A stretch of 64,000 bases of DNA. Source: Akkermansiaceae bacterium (lineage in GTDB: Bacteria; Verrucomicrobiota; Verrucomicrobiia; Verrucomicrobiales; Akkermansiaceae). The position numbers and the translations under genes are program-made. Under the pieces are notes generated by a model. That model worked only from the letters and a program-made list of their open reading frames with translations, made no database searches and was not told the origin of the DNA. This document shows positions 39,417 to 49,853 of this stretch, in pieces; within the stretch, counting starts at the first letter, position 1, and each line of letters opens with the position of its first letter. Location: assembly GCA_051251915.1 (NCBI GenBank), contig JBPOGF010000001.1:1-64000 (forward strand). The letters are read 5' to 3'.

Positions 39417-39537
39417 CATTTTGTTTTTTAAATAGAATAAAATTTAGGATAGAATAGTTTGAAGGAATACTGTTATAGTTCCTGAAAATCGACTGATAGT
39501 TACTCAGAAATTTAAAACATTAAGAACCCAAAAATTT

Positions 39538-40662
39538 ATGAAAATCAATACACACACACTGACATTGATCGGCTGCGCGCTCGGTCTTGCAAATGCGAAC
39601 GCTTTAGAGCCTTTGACGGATGGAACTGCTGGTTATGTGGATCGTCAGGCGAAGCGGCTTCTTAATAAGCTGGATACGAACAAAGATGGAAAAGTTCAGA
39701 AGGTGGATAATGAGAAGTTATGGAAGCGTTATGGGCGGTATGATAAGGATAAAGATGGTGTTCTGAACCATGAGGAGGCGATGAATTCTCTAAGCAAGGC
39801 GATGGATACTCCGGGTAAGGAGTTGATGAATGTTTGTTATAAGCAGGTGGATGGGCGTAAGCTTTATATGGATTTCTATTTTCCGGATGAGGATACTAAG
39901 ACTGATAAGCCCGTGGTGGTGTTTACCCATGGGGGAGGATGGGCTGCGGGGAGTAAGGATAAGGCGGGGACTGGTAGTTTTGCGGAGGTGCATAAGGCGC
40001 TTCTGAAGGAGGGGTTTTGTGTGATGTCAGCGGGTTATCGACTTGTGAATAAGGGAGCGAACTCAGGGATGCGGGATTGTGTGATAGATGCGAAGGATGC
40101 GGTAAGGTTTATTTCTGCACATAAAAAGGAACTAGGGATTGATCCTAGCAAGATTTATACGTTTGGGGATTCAGCTGGTGGGCAGATGGCTCAGATGGTG
40201 TTACTTGCATCTCCGGATAGTTTGAAGGGTGATCCAGAGTTGGCGGAATTTAGTTATAAGACGGTAGCTGGGGTTTCTTGGTATGGGCCGTGTGATTTTC
40301 AGGATATTAGTTTGTTTAATCACGATGATAGAGATAATTTCAAGGATAGGTTCGGCGCGAGAATTATGGGTGGTGGGGCTAAGGCTGAGGATAAGGAGAA
40401 GCTTTATAAGGAGATGAGTCCGGTGAGCTATCTGACGAAGGAGAGTCCGCCGTTGCTGATGATTCAGGGAGATAAAGACACTACCATTCCTGTGAAGCAG
40501 GCTTATAGGATGCAGGAAGAACTAAAGACTGTTCCTGCACCTGTGGAGATCATGATTGTGAAGAATGCTGGGCACAACTGGCGTTCGGTGGATGCTCCTA
40601 TTGAGCCGACAAGAGCGGAAATAGTTCAGAAGACGATTGAGTTTTTCCTTAAGCATAAGTAA
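39538..40662 (+). CDS. Alpha/beta hydrolase (BD-FAE/HSL-like esterase) with N-terminal EF-hands
   Basis: HGGGW, GDSAGG, QGDKD, AGHNW; DTNKDGKV and DKDKDGVL loops. Confidence 0.9.
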   Translation: MKINTHTLTLIGCALGLANANALEPLTDGTAGYVDRQAKRLLNKLDTNKDGKVQKVDNEKLWKRYGRYDKDKDGVLNHEEAMNSLSKAMDTPGKELMNVCYKQVDGRKLYMDFYFPDEDTKTDKPVVVFTHGGGWAAGSKDKAGTGSFAEVHKALLKEGFCVMSAGYRLVNKGANSGMRDCVIDAKDAVRFISAHKKELGIDPSKIYTFGDSAGGQMAQMVLLASPDSLKGDPELAEFSYKTVAGVSWYGPCDFQDISLFNHDDRDNFKDRFGARIMGGGAKAEDKEKLYKEMSPVSYLTKESPPLLMIQGDKDTTIPVKQAYRMQEELKTVPAPVEIMIVKNAGHNWRSVDAPIEPTRAEIVQKTIEFFLKHK

Positions 40663-40810
40663 AGTCCTTAGAAGCGGGGCTTTGCCCTGGAAGCGGGGAG
40701 CGGGGAGCAGCTAAGCGTTTATCAGCCTTGAATGGTATGATACGATGCTTCTCAATGATGTGGCACCTCGGCATGACCTAAACATTTAAACTACCAATGA
40801 ATTACAAACT

Positions 40811-42409
40811 ATGAACAAGATACTCGCTACTACACTTTCACTTTGTTTCAGCCTTGCAGTTAATGCGGCTGAGAAACCTAATATTGTTTACATTTTAGCT
40901 GATGACTTAGGTTATGGCGATGTGCAGTGCTTGAATTCTGAACGTGGTAAAATAGCGACGCCGCACATGGATAAGTTGGCGGTGGATGGGATGACCTTTA
41001 CGGATGCTCATACGACTTCTTCTGTCTGCACTCCGACTCGGTATGGTATTATTACTGGGCGGTATAATTGGAGGTCGAAGTTGCAGGTGCATGTGCTGGA
41101 TGGTTATGGGTTACCTTTGATTCCTACTGAGAGGACAACGGTTCCGAGCTTTCTGAGGGAGAATGGCTATACGACTGCGATGATAGGTAAGTGGCATATT
41201 GGTCTAGATATAGCGACTACGGATGGGAAGAAGGCTAAGCCGGCAGGTGGACTGCCTGGTAAACTTAAAAAAGGTGCATTACCACCAGCTGAACTCTCTA
41301 ATATTGATTGGAAAGCGGAGATCAAAGGTGGTCCGGTAGATCTTGGTTTTGATTCTTGGTTCGGCATTACTGCCTCATTAGACTTTCCGCCGTATGTGTG
41401 GATACGTAACCGAAACTGGGTAGGTGAGGGAACGCATGTGAAGGCATTCCGCAGACCTGGTCCCGCTACTGATGACTTTGAGGCTATTGATGTCCTCGAC
41501 AAGCTTGCTGCTGAGTCCGTGAAATTTATCACAGAATATAAGAGTGAGAAGCCGTTCTTCGCATATATCCCACTTCCGTCACCGCACACTCCTATCGTTC
41601 CGAATAGCAAGTGGCAGGGGAAAAGTGGTATTGGTAACTATGGTGACTTTGTGATGCAGACTGATGCCTTTGTTGGGCAGATTGTTAAGGCGCTAGATGA
41701 CCGTGGAATTTCGGAGAATACTATTTTGATCGTTACTAGTGATAATGGTTGCTCGAAAGCGGCGAACTTTAAGAATTTGGAAAGTCATGGGCATTTTGCC
41801 AGTGCGCAGTATCGTGGTTCTAAGGCTGATATTTGGGAAGGTGGGCATAGGGTGCCATTTTTTGTGAAGTGGCCGAAAGTGATTAAGGCGGGTAGTGTCT
41901 CGAATGAGCTTACTTGTCAGAGTGATTTGCTTGCTACTTGTGCTGAGCTGGTGGGGAAAGAAGTTCCGAAGAATGCGGGGGAAGATAGTGAGAGTATATT
42001 GCCTGTTTTCAAGGGTGAGGAGACTGATTTTAGTCGGAAGGGGATCATTCATCATAGTGTGAGTGGGCATTTTGCTTATCGTGAAGAAAATTATAAGCTG
42101 ATTCTGGCGTATGGTTCAGGGGGCTGGACTGCTCCTAAAGAGGTGCAAGCGATGAAGGCTGGGGCGGCGAAAGCGCAGCTCTATGATTTAGCTGCTGATC
42201 CTGGTGAGAAGAACAATCTCTATGTGACGCAACCTGAAGTTGCGGAGCGGATGCTTGCTCAGTTGACGAGTTATGTGAATGCTGGGTCATCTGTGGAGGG
42301 TAAGGAGTCTAAGAATGATGTGCCGATCCAGCTTTGGAAGACTGGTGGTGGGAAGCAACTGAAGGAGCAAAAGGTTCCTAAGAGGAAGAAGAAGGCAGCA
42401 ACTAAGTAG
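40811..42409 (+). CDS. Arylsulfatase (S1 family)
   Basis: ADDLGYGD, CTPTRY, GKWH, SDNG, KADIWEGGHRVP. Confidence 0.94.
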   Translation: MNKILATTLSLCFSLAVNAAEKPNIVYILADDLGYGDVQCLNSERGKIATPHMDKLAVDGMTFTDAHTTSSVCTPTRYGIITGRYNWRSKLQVHVLDGYGLPLIPTERTTVPSFLRENGYTTAMIGKWHIGLDIATTDGKKAKPAGGLPGKLKKGALPPAELSNIDWKAEIKGGPVDLGFDSWFGITASLDFPPYVWIRNRNWVGEGTHVKAFRRPGPATDDFEAIDVLDKLAAESVKFITEYKSEKPFFAYIPLPSPHTPIVPNSKWQGKSGIGNYGDFVMQTDAFVGQIVKALDDRGISENTILIVTSDNGCSKAANFKNLESHGHFASAQYRGSKADIWEGGHRVPFFVKWPKVIKAGSVSNELTCQSDLLATCAELVGKEVPKNAGEDSESILPVFKGEETDFSRKGIIHHSVSGHFAYREENYKLILAYGSGGWTAPKEVQAMKAGAAKAQLYDLAADPGEKNNLYVTQPEVAERMLAQLTSYVNAGSSVEGKESKNDVPIQLWKTGGGKQLKEQKVPKRKKKAATK

Positions 42410-42431
42410 TTTAACCATTTACAATAAGAAT

Positions 42432-43187
42432 ATGAAAACTGGTATCAAACGATCAATTACGTGCATGTTAGCGCTAGCATGTAGTTATAGTTTCCCACTG
42501 CAGGCGGCACCTGAAAAGGGGTCTACTGCGGAGAAGAAGGTGACCAAGGATTGGGCGTGTGAGCCGGTGGAGGGGTTGCCTAATGTTCTTATTTTGGGTG
42601 ATTCGATTTCGATTGGTTACACGCTGCAAGTGCGTGAATTGTTGAAGGGGAAGGCAAATGTTTACCGACCAGTGAATAAGGCGGGGACGAAGCCAGTGAA
42701 CTGTAGTGGAACTACGGATGGGTTGAAACGATGTGGAGCAAATCTTAAGGCTCGCGAGTGGGATGTGATACATTTCAACTGGGGGCTTCATGACCTGAAG
42801 CATGTGAAGAAGGCGGGGACTCACCAAAACTCGAATAATCCTAAAGATCCGACTCAGGCCTCGCCTGAGGTGTATGGGAAGAACTTGCAGAAGATTGTGG
42901 ATGAGTTGAAAAAGACTGGTGCTAAGTTGGTATTTGCAACGACTACACCAGTAACAGCTGGAACCACGGGGCCGCTGAGAAAGGTTGAAGCTCCGGGGAT
43001 GTATAATGAAGTGGCGTTGAAAGTGATGGAGAAAAACAAGATTCAGGTGAATGATCTCTATGCTTATACGTTACCTCATTTAGCGAAATGGCAGTTGCCT
43101 AAGAACGTTCATTTTAAAGGTGAGGGGTCAATGGAGCTGGCGAAGAAGGTAGCTGCAGTGATTGGTGAGAAGCTTGATAAGAAATAA
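42432..43187 (+). CDS. SGNH/GDSL hydrolase
   Basis: ILGDSISIGY, FNWGLHD, NVHF. Confidence 0.92.
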   Translation: MKTGIKRSITCMLALACSYSFPLQAAPEKGSTAEKKVTKDWACEPVEGLPNVLILGDSISIGYTLQVRELLKGKANVYRPVNKAGTKPVNCSGTTDGLKRCGANLKAREWDVIHFNWGLHDLKHVKKAGTHQNSNNPKDPTQASPEVYGKNLQKIVDELKKTGAKLVFATTTPVTAGTTGPLRKVEAPGMYNEVALKVMEKNKIQVNDLYAYTLPHLAKWQLPKNVHFKGEGSMELAKKVAAVIGEKLDKK

Positions 43188-43279
43188 TGCTTCAAGAGGG
43201 AGAGTGGCTATCCTAAATTTTATGTAAAATATAAGATGGTGGTGAGAGGGTGTGGTCGTATAGGTTTAAATCTTACGTT

Positions 43280-45247
43280 ATGAAAAGGCACTACTTCTTT
43301 ACTTCTAAAAAAAGGCTACTCACTTACGGAGTTGAGATTGCTCTCGGCTTGTTGATTACTGGTTTCGCTTGTGCGGGGGAGTCTAGACCGGAAAAGCCGA
43401 ATATTGTTTTATTGCTGACTGATGATCTTGGTTGGCAGGATGTGAAGTGCTATGATGTTGATAAGCCTTCTCCGATGGAGACTCCGAACATCGATGGTTT
43501 GGCGAAGAAGGGGATAAAATTTTGGCAGGCTTATTCACCTGCGCCGACATGTGCGCCGACTCGTTGTGCGATTATGAGTGGGAATCATCCGGCTCGTGCA
43601 CAGAAGACTCATGTGGTGGGGGGGCATCCGCCAACTGTTCAGAATAAGACTGGATGGAAAGTGATGGCTCCGTGGCAGAGTGGTAGGATGCCTGAGAATG
43701 AGGTTACTCTTGCTAAGGTGCTTCAGGGAAATGGATATACTACGGGGCATAGTGGTAAGTGGCATATGGCGATTAACCATAAGGCGTTTCCTCAGCCAGA
43801 GGATCAGGGGTTTGATTGGACTAAGAGTGAGATAGGGGCGACCACTAGGATGAGACCTAGTAGGCTTAGTGATTTCGCGACTGATGAGGTGGGTGATAAG
43901 TATAAGCTGGATGAGAATGGATTTCCTTATCATGCGAATAGCGCGAATGCTATGGAGTTTCTAGAGGAGAGTCAGGATAAGGGTAAGCCATTTTTTCTGT
44001 ATTATGCTACTTGGTTGGTGCACACGCCGATCCACACTAGGAACGAGCGATTGCTTGATAAATATTGTCAGAAGTTGGGGATAGATAAGGCGAGTTTGAA
44101 AGCGACAGGTTGGGATGGGGGCGGGCAGACGAATCCATTTTATTGTGCGATGGTGGAGGAGTTGGATTATCATGTGGGGAAGGTGTTTGATTACTTGGAA
44201 AATACCGATGATCCGCGTTGGCCTGGGCATAAGTTGAGTGAGAATACGTATGTGATATTTACTTCTGATAATGGGGGGATGGAGAGAATGCCGGGTGAGA
44301 TCATTACGGATAATTATCCTCTGAATAGAGGTAAGATTTCTGCGATGGAGGGTGGTGTTAGGGTGCCATTGATTATTACTGGGCCGGGAGTGCCGAAGAA
44401 TGTGGAGTCGGATGTGATGGTGAATGGGTTGGATTTTTATCCTACGATTCTTTCGCTGACTGGTGTTAAAAAGCCTGAGGGTAAGGAGTTGGATGGGAGT
44501 GATTTGACTGCTCTTTTGAAAGCTCCTACTGATGGGACATTGGTTAAGAGTTCTGATGGTTCTGTTAGGGATACGATGGTTTGGCATTTTCCGAATTCGG
44601 CGGCGCTTGAGAGCACGATACGGGTTGGGGGGTATAAGTTGATTCGTAACTATGCTAATATTGATGATCCGAAGAGACCGAGGCTTGAGTTGTATGAGCT
44701 GTATAAGGATGAGGATGGGAAACAAGTTAGGGTGGACATCGAGGAAGCTAAGAATTTAGCGAAGCGACAGCCTGAAAAGGTCAAAGAAATGGATGCTAAG
44801 CTTACTGAGATTCTGACTGAGATGAAGGCTAGTTATCCTTATCGAAATCCGCATTACAAGGGAGCTCTCAAAGGGAAGGATAGTGTGTGTGGTGTGAAAT
44901 CTCATACTTTAAAAGGGCAGGAGATTAACGTCGTTTATCAGGAGAATGGAGCTAAGCTTAGACGGGCGAATCTGTTGTATACTTTGAACGGGGGAGATAG
45001 GTATGAAGAGTGGTTTAGGATACCAGCGAGGCTAGAGGGAGGGAATCAGGTTTCGGCGACTTTGCCGGAAGGCTCTACGCATTATGTGATCAACCTTATC
45101 GACCAGAACAATTTTCTTATTAGTTACCCAGAATTACCTGATGAGATTACCTTAAAGAAATCTGAGAAGACTTATTCTGACTATGCTTTGAAGGGCAATA
45201 CTGTCTTAGAAATTAGGCCTAAGAAGAGAAAGAAAGCAGCTCACTAG
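43280..45247 (+). CDS. Sulfatase (S1 family) with C-terminal extension
   Basis: TDDLGWQD, CAPTRC, GKWH, SDNGG, EGGVRVP. ATG 43280 preferred over GTG 43250. Confidence 0.92.
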   Translation: MKRHYFFTSKKRLLTYGVEIALGLLITGFACAGESRPEKPNIVLLLTDDLGWQDVKCYDVDKPSPMETPNIDGLAKKGIKFWQAYSPAPTCAPTRCAIMSGNHPARAQKTHVVGGHPPTVQNKTGWKVMAPWQSGRMPENEVTLAKVLQGNGYTTGHSGKWHMAINHKAFPQPEDQGFDWTKSEIGATTRMRPSRLSDFATDEVGDKYKLDENGFPYHANSANAMEFLEESQDKGKPFFLYYATWLVHTPIHTRNERLLDKYCQKLGIDKASLKATGWDGGGQTNPFYCAMVEELDYHVGKVFDYLENTDDPRWPGHKLSENTYVIFTSDNGGMERMPGEIITDNYPLNRGKISAMEGGVRVPLIITGPGVPKNVESDVMVNGLDFYPTILSLTGVKKPEGKELDGSDLTALLKAPTDGTLVKSSDGSVRDTMVWHFPNSAALESTIRVGGYKLIRNYANIDDPKRPRLELYELYKDEDGKQVRVDIEEAKNLAKRQPEKVKEMDAKLTEILTEMKASYPYRNPHYKGALKGKDSVCGVKSHTLKGQEINVVYQENGAKLRRANLLYTLNGGDRYEEWFRIPARLEGGNQVSATLPEGSTHYVINLIDQNNFLISYPELPDEITLKKSEKTYSDYALKGNTVLEIRPKKRKKAAH

Positions 45248-45267
45248 AGAATCTAACCAATTTATTT

Positions 45268-48200
45268 ATGAAACCTATTCAACTTTTTATTGCTGGTGCG
45301 CTGGCAGGTTTATCTACGCTTTGTAGTGCATTTCCGCAGGTCTCCCAATTATCTAACAGGGATTATTCATTTGGTTATTGGGAGAATGGGGTGAGGAAGC
45401 ATAAGGGTGATGATTCTAGAGATATTTTGAGTCTTGAGACTGGTTATTTTGGGTTGCAGCTGGATATGGCGCAGTTGGATATGGCGCAGTTTGGCCTGAT
45501 TGATGATGAACTAGATTATGAAGGAGCATTGGCTACTAATGGAAGCCGGATGCAGGAACTTCAGAGTGTTGACTTGAAGATAGAATTAGAAAAAGAGGGT
45601 AAGGTTTATACGGCGGTGAGTAGTCTGGCGAGTAAGGAGCGTGCGGAGGGGAAGAAGTTTCAGGGTACGATGTTGTGGGAGTCGGCTCGGTATGTGCAGA
45701 ATTATGAAATTCAGGGGGTGGAATTTAAATCGGCGGATGGTGAGAGCTTGGTGGCGGATTCTACGTTGCAGGTGATAGCATGGCCGAGTTCAATAAGTTT
45801 TACGGCATCAGTGACCCCGACTGAAGATTTTAAAGATGGACCTGCGGCTGGGTTGGTAGGGCAGGGGCTATGTATTGTGGATGAGCAGAAGATGATAAAG
45901 CATGAGGCTGGGTTGGAGAATGAGGAATTCACGGTGGAGAGCTGGATTAAGGTTCCTAAAGCGCTTGAGAATAGGGGGCGTGGGTGGATTATTTCTAAAA
46001 CAAAGAATGAGACACATGATGGTAATTATGGGTTGATTTTGTCAGGTGGGAAGGTGAGGGCGATGATGAATATTGGTGGCAAGGGGGCTGAGAATAGACA
46101 TTTTATCGATTCTAGAAGTAAGTCGATTGTGGCTGATACTTGGCACCATGTTGCGCTGACTTATGATGGTAAGACGTTTTCACTATTTTTGGATGGAAAT
46201 CTTCAGGGTTCGAAAGTGATTGGGAAGAAACGTAATTTAGCGACAGGTGATATGACGTTGGGTAAGCGTGCTGATGGACATGGTGGAGTGACTCCGGTAT
46301 TGCTGGATCAGTTGCGGGTATGGGATAGGGCGTTGACTAGAAATGAACTTTTACAACATACGAGAAAACCTGGGGAGCTCAAGAATAGGGATGGGCTGAC
46401 GTATGAGAATCATTTTGAGAGTAAGACTCCGATTGAGCACACTGTATGGAAGGATGCGAAGTTGAGTGTGAGGTTTGGTGATCGTAAACATAGTAAGTAT
46501 GGGGAGAAGCTGGTTTCTGGTGAATGGAAGGTGGGGGAGAAGCATAAGGTTACGGTGAACTGTGATCTGGGAGGGAAGATGAATCCGGCGACTAAGGTTA
46601 GCGTTGTGATGAAGTTAACGGATGTTCCGCCTGTGACCTATGATAAGGAATTTAATTGTTACGTAGCGCGCATTGCACAGCCTAAGCGTGAATGGAAGAG
46701 GGGTGAAGGGGATTTGCGGAATTATGATGAGGTTGATATCACGGTGGAGTCTGATGGGGTGAGTTCTGTGCCGTTTTTGTTAGAGTTGTTTAAGCCTGCT
46801 GGGATTACTGGGTTATGTCCAATTTTGTGTGATGAGAATGGGGTTCCGACTGGGATTCCTGTTCAGTTGAGTAAGAACTGGCATTATCCGAAGATGGGTA
46901 GTTACTTGAGATCCTCTATGCTGTTGCCGACGGTGAAGGGGGTGCAGAAGTATAAGTTGAGGATTGTTTATGGTTTCTATGGGACGGTTCCATCGGCTAG
47001 TCATTCGCAGTTATCGCTGGTGGGTTATGGGGGTAATGGTCGATGGGATCAGTTGGCGATTGGATCTTGGGGGGAGACATATTGTATGGATATGGATATG
47101 AGTTTGGTGGATGTGGCGGTGACGGATATTAGGATGTTGATGACGCGTGATGGTAAGGATGGGAAGAAGTGGCAGTGGACGGATGCTGGCTGGGGTGGTG
47201 ACTGGTTAGGTCTGAATAATGCGGCAGGTGATAAGCTGTTGTTTAAGGGGATGAAGGCTGCTTATGTGTCTCATGGGCCTTGTCTCACAGAGGTAAAATA
47301 TAAGGGTTTTTATGGATCGCAGAGTGAAGTGGATATTGATTCAACGGTGAGAACATTGCGCACCAATGATCATGCACGGACATTTAGCACGATGAAGTAT
47401 CGTTTTGATAAGGTGGTGAAGGCGGATGGGTGGTTGTTTAAGATGGGGAGGTCACATCATTTGATGACTCCAGAGATTAGTTACGGGAATAAGGCTGGTT
47501 TGATTAAGGAGTATAAGGCTAGTGATGATCTTAAGGCTGGAGCTACGTTTGTTCCAAAGACTACACTAATGGGAGCTGGTCCTTGGTGGGTGGCTTTTCC
47601 TAATGCTGAGTTAGGTGGTGATAAGAAGTGGGGGACAGGGTATAGGGCGATGGTGATTCGTTCTTATAAAGTGACTGCTGGTGGGAAAGAGTATAGGCAG
47701 CCGGTTGTTGAATTTCCTGTTTATAAAAAGCATGAGTCTGGGGTGAATATTGATTTCTTGCTGACGGCACCTGAGGGAGTGACTGAATTTCAACCTGGGG
47801 ATGAGGTGGAGCTTGAGGTTGAGTGGATCACGTTGCCGAATGAGGCTGATGATTACTATGGATCGAATGAGGTTTTTAGGGATCATGTTGCGAAGAATCC
47901 TGGGTCGTGGAAGACGACGCATCGGGAGGCTGTGGGGAATGATCTGAAGGTTGTTGTTGGAGGTGGGAGGTTGATTCATCAGTATCCGATTATTATTGAG
48001 GCTGAGAAAGATGAGGTTGTGGTGGAGATAGTGGGTGGGGTTGGTTATGTGCCGATAAGATTTGAGGGGCTGGAGACGGCTGAGGGTTATACGATTTATC
48101 AGGTGGTTGATGGTAAGGAAGTGAAGCTGGATCAGGCGGTGCATGGCAATGACTTTTGGCAGACTGATTATGATGTGAAGTCTAAGACGTTTAAGATGAC

Positions 48201-48270
48201 GTTTAATTTACCGCTGGATGGGATGGAGGAATCGAAGTGGGTTCTGAAGAAAAGCAAATCAACTAAGTAG
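45268..48270 (+). CDS. Secreted 1000-aa protein with internal LamG/concanavalin-like domain
   Basis: FTVESWIK, WHHVALTYDG, LDQLRVWDRAL; flanking regions not recognised. Confidence 0.8.
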   Translation: MKPIQLFIAGALAGLSTLCSAFPQVSQLSNRDYSFGYWENGVRKHKGDDSRDILSLETGYFGLQLDMAQLDMAQFGLIDDELDYEGALATNGSRMQELQSVDLKIELEKEGKVYTAVSSLASKERAEGKKFQGTMLWESARYVQNYEIQGVEFKSADGESLVADSTLQVIAWPSSISFTASVTPTEDFKDGPAAGLVGQGLCIVDEQKMIKHEAGLENEEFTVESWIKVPKALENRGRGWIISKTKNETHDGNYGLILSGGKVRAMMNIGGKGAENRHFIDSRSKSIVADTWHHVALTYDGKTFSLFLDGNLQGSKVIGKKRNLATGDMTLGKRADGHGGVTPVLLDQLRVWDRALTRNELLQHTRKPGELKNRDGLTYENHFESKTPIEHTVWKDAKLSVRFGDRKHSKYGEKLVSGEWKVGEKHKVTVNCDLGGKMNPATKVSVVMKLTDVPPVTYDKEFNCYVARIAQPKREWKRGEGDLRNYDEVDITVESDGVSSVPFLLELFKPAGITGLCPILCDENGVPTGIPVQLSKNWHYPKMGSYLRSSMLLPTVKGVQKYKLRIVYGFYGTVPSASHSQLSLVGYGGNGRWDQLAIGSWGETYCMDMDMSLVDVAVTDIRMLMTRDGKDGKKWQWTDAGWGGDWLGLNNAAGDKLLFKGMKAAYVSHGPCLTEVKYKGFYGSQSEVDIDSTVRTLRTNDHARTFSTMKYRFDKVVKADGWLFKMGRSHHLMTPEISYGNKAGLIKEYKASDDLKAGATFVPKTTLMGAGPWWVAFPNAELGGDKKWGTGYRAMVIRSYKVTAGGKEYRQPVVEFPVYKKHESGVNIDFLLTAPEGVTEFQPGDEVELEVEWITLPNEADDYYGSNEVFRDHVAKNPGSWKTTHREAVGNDLKVVVGGGRLIHQYPIIIEAEKDEVVVEIVGGVGYVPIRFEGLETAEGYTIYQVVDGKEVKLDQAVHGNDFWQTDYDVKSKTFKMTFNLPLDGMEESKWVLKKSKSTK

Positions 48271-48276
48271 AGAACT

Positions 48277-48534
48277 ATGAAAAATTCAGCATTTTTTCTG
48301 AGTATAAAGTGGGCTGCAGGTTCATTCACATAGTGAGGTTCGATATTTCCTGAAGGGGGAGTTTAGCGTCTTTTCAGCAAAGCTTGTGGCGGGTTATCAA
48401 GCATCGGTTACTTACGAGGTGCATGTGGATGGGAAGAAGGTCTTTGATTCAGGGAAGTTTGGAGGGAAAAGTGAGCCTAAAGACATTGAGGTAGACATTG
48501 CTGGGTGATGTGGGCCAATGCTTTCTGTAAATAG
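48277..48534 (+). pseudogene. Degraded NPCBM/NEW2 carbohydrate-binding module gene remnant
   Basis: Hand translation GLQVHSHSEVRYFLKGEFSVFSAK...SVTYEVHVDGKKVFDSGKFGGKSEPKDIEVDIAG*, then out-of-frame WANA; the ATG at 48277 is out of frame. Confidence 0.65.
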
Positions 48535-48633
48535 GGGTGGATTGGGAGCGACTCGACTCAGGTGAGAGATGCATTATTGCCTTCCTATTTTCTCTGGGTG
48601 CTCTAAATTGAGGGTCGAATAAGCAATTGAAAT

Positions 48634-49509
48634 ATGATGAAGCTCAATTACAAAACCATGCTTGCTACGGCGGCTTTATTATTAGTTAGTGGCTCGGCGA
48701 TGGGGCAGTCGGTAGATCTTTCGGTGAAATGGAAGCTGGGTAACCAATACAGAATGGAGCAGGATGTGGTGGTTGACATGACGATGCCTGATCCGCAGGG
48801 GAGTGGGGAGATAGCTAGTAAAATGAAGATGGTGTCGGTGATGAGTGGTGCTGCTTCGGTTGATCAGGAGGGGATTGGTCTTGATATGATGTTTGATAGA
48901 GTTTCTATGAATATGGCGATGTCAGGAAAAGTGCTGATGAAGTATGACTCTAGCAAGCCGAACGCAGAAAACCCGATGGATAAGACGATGGAGACCTTGA
49001 AGGAGGTGAAGTTTAAGTCGATATATGGGAAGTGGGGACAGTTTATTGAGTTAACGGATTTTGATGATCGTCTTTTGAGTCCTGAGATGGGGATTACTAT
49101 GGGGTCGATTGAACGGTTGTTGAGGCAGCAGTCGCAGATGGTTCCGTTTCGAGAAGTGGGGGTAGGTGAGGTTTGGGAGTCGAGGATAGGGACTTCATTA
49201 CAAGGATTTGATCATGGCTTTATGTGTGACTATGCATTCAAGCTGGCCTCCGTTAAAGAGGTGGATGGTAAACAGGTTGCTAGAGTTGAGTTCACAGCTG
49301 AAATGGAGAAGGTGAGAGTTCTTCATGATGAGGTGGAGATGTTGCTGAGTGCTAAGAGCATTACAGGTTATTACTTATTTGATGTGTCAGAGGGGCAATT
49401 CACTGAGAGTAAACTATCTTTCGATATGGGGGCTGATGTTCAAGGTTCGGAAATGCTGATGAAGACGGATTTGAAAATAAAGTATGAGAGTAGTCCAAGG
49501 GAAAAATAG
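48634..49509 (+). CDS. Secreted hypothetical protein (DUF6263-like beta-rich)
   Basis: Signal peptide; YDS, P..EVGVGEVW and GYYLFD pattern. Confidence 0.6.
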   Translation: MMKLNYKTMLATAALLLVSGSAMGQSVDLSVKWKLGNQYRMEQDVVVDMTMPDPQGSGEIASKMKMVSVMSGAASVDQEGIGLDMMFDRVSMNMAMSGKVLMKYDSSKPNAENPMDKTMETLKEVKFKSIYGKWGQFIELTDFDDRLLSPEMGITMGSIERLLRQQSQMVPFREVGVGEVWESRIGTSLQGFDHGFMCDYAFKLASVKEVDGKQVARVEFTAEMEKVRVLHDEVEMLLSAKSITGYYLFDVSEGQFTESKLSFDMGADVQGSEMLMKTDLKIKYESSPREK

Positions 49510-49602
49510 GCACTTTCTCTAGGTAATGTGTAAAAAAGTATAAAATCGCCTTGCATCTTGTATCGTTGAGGCGTAACACATGCCCACCAAAGAGTGAAAA
49601 AA

Positions 49603-49676
<74 letters not shown>

Positions 49677-49684
49677 CTCTTTAT

Positions 49685-49709
49685 AACCCTTGCGAATGCA
49701 AGGGTTTTT
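49685..49709 (+). terminator. Terminator after the tRNA
   Basis: AACCCTTGC-GAAT-GCAAGGGTT plus TTT. Confidence 0.8.
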
Positions 49710-49853
49710 GCTTTTTAAGGGGGGAGGTTATTTTTGAGTTAGTCTTGGTTTGACTTCTATTGAGAGCGTGATTAGGACTGGTGGCAAAGTTGTCTTGTGG
49801 GATGTTTCACAAGCTGATATGTTCAATTTCCAACATTCAATATTCTATTTCAA

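Noticed and set aside
45456..45491. 15-bp coding duplication (QLDMAQLDMAQ); also NQLNQLNQL near 53070
   Set aside because: In-frame micro-duplications with no evident significance.
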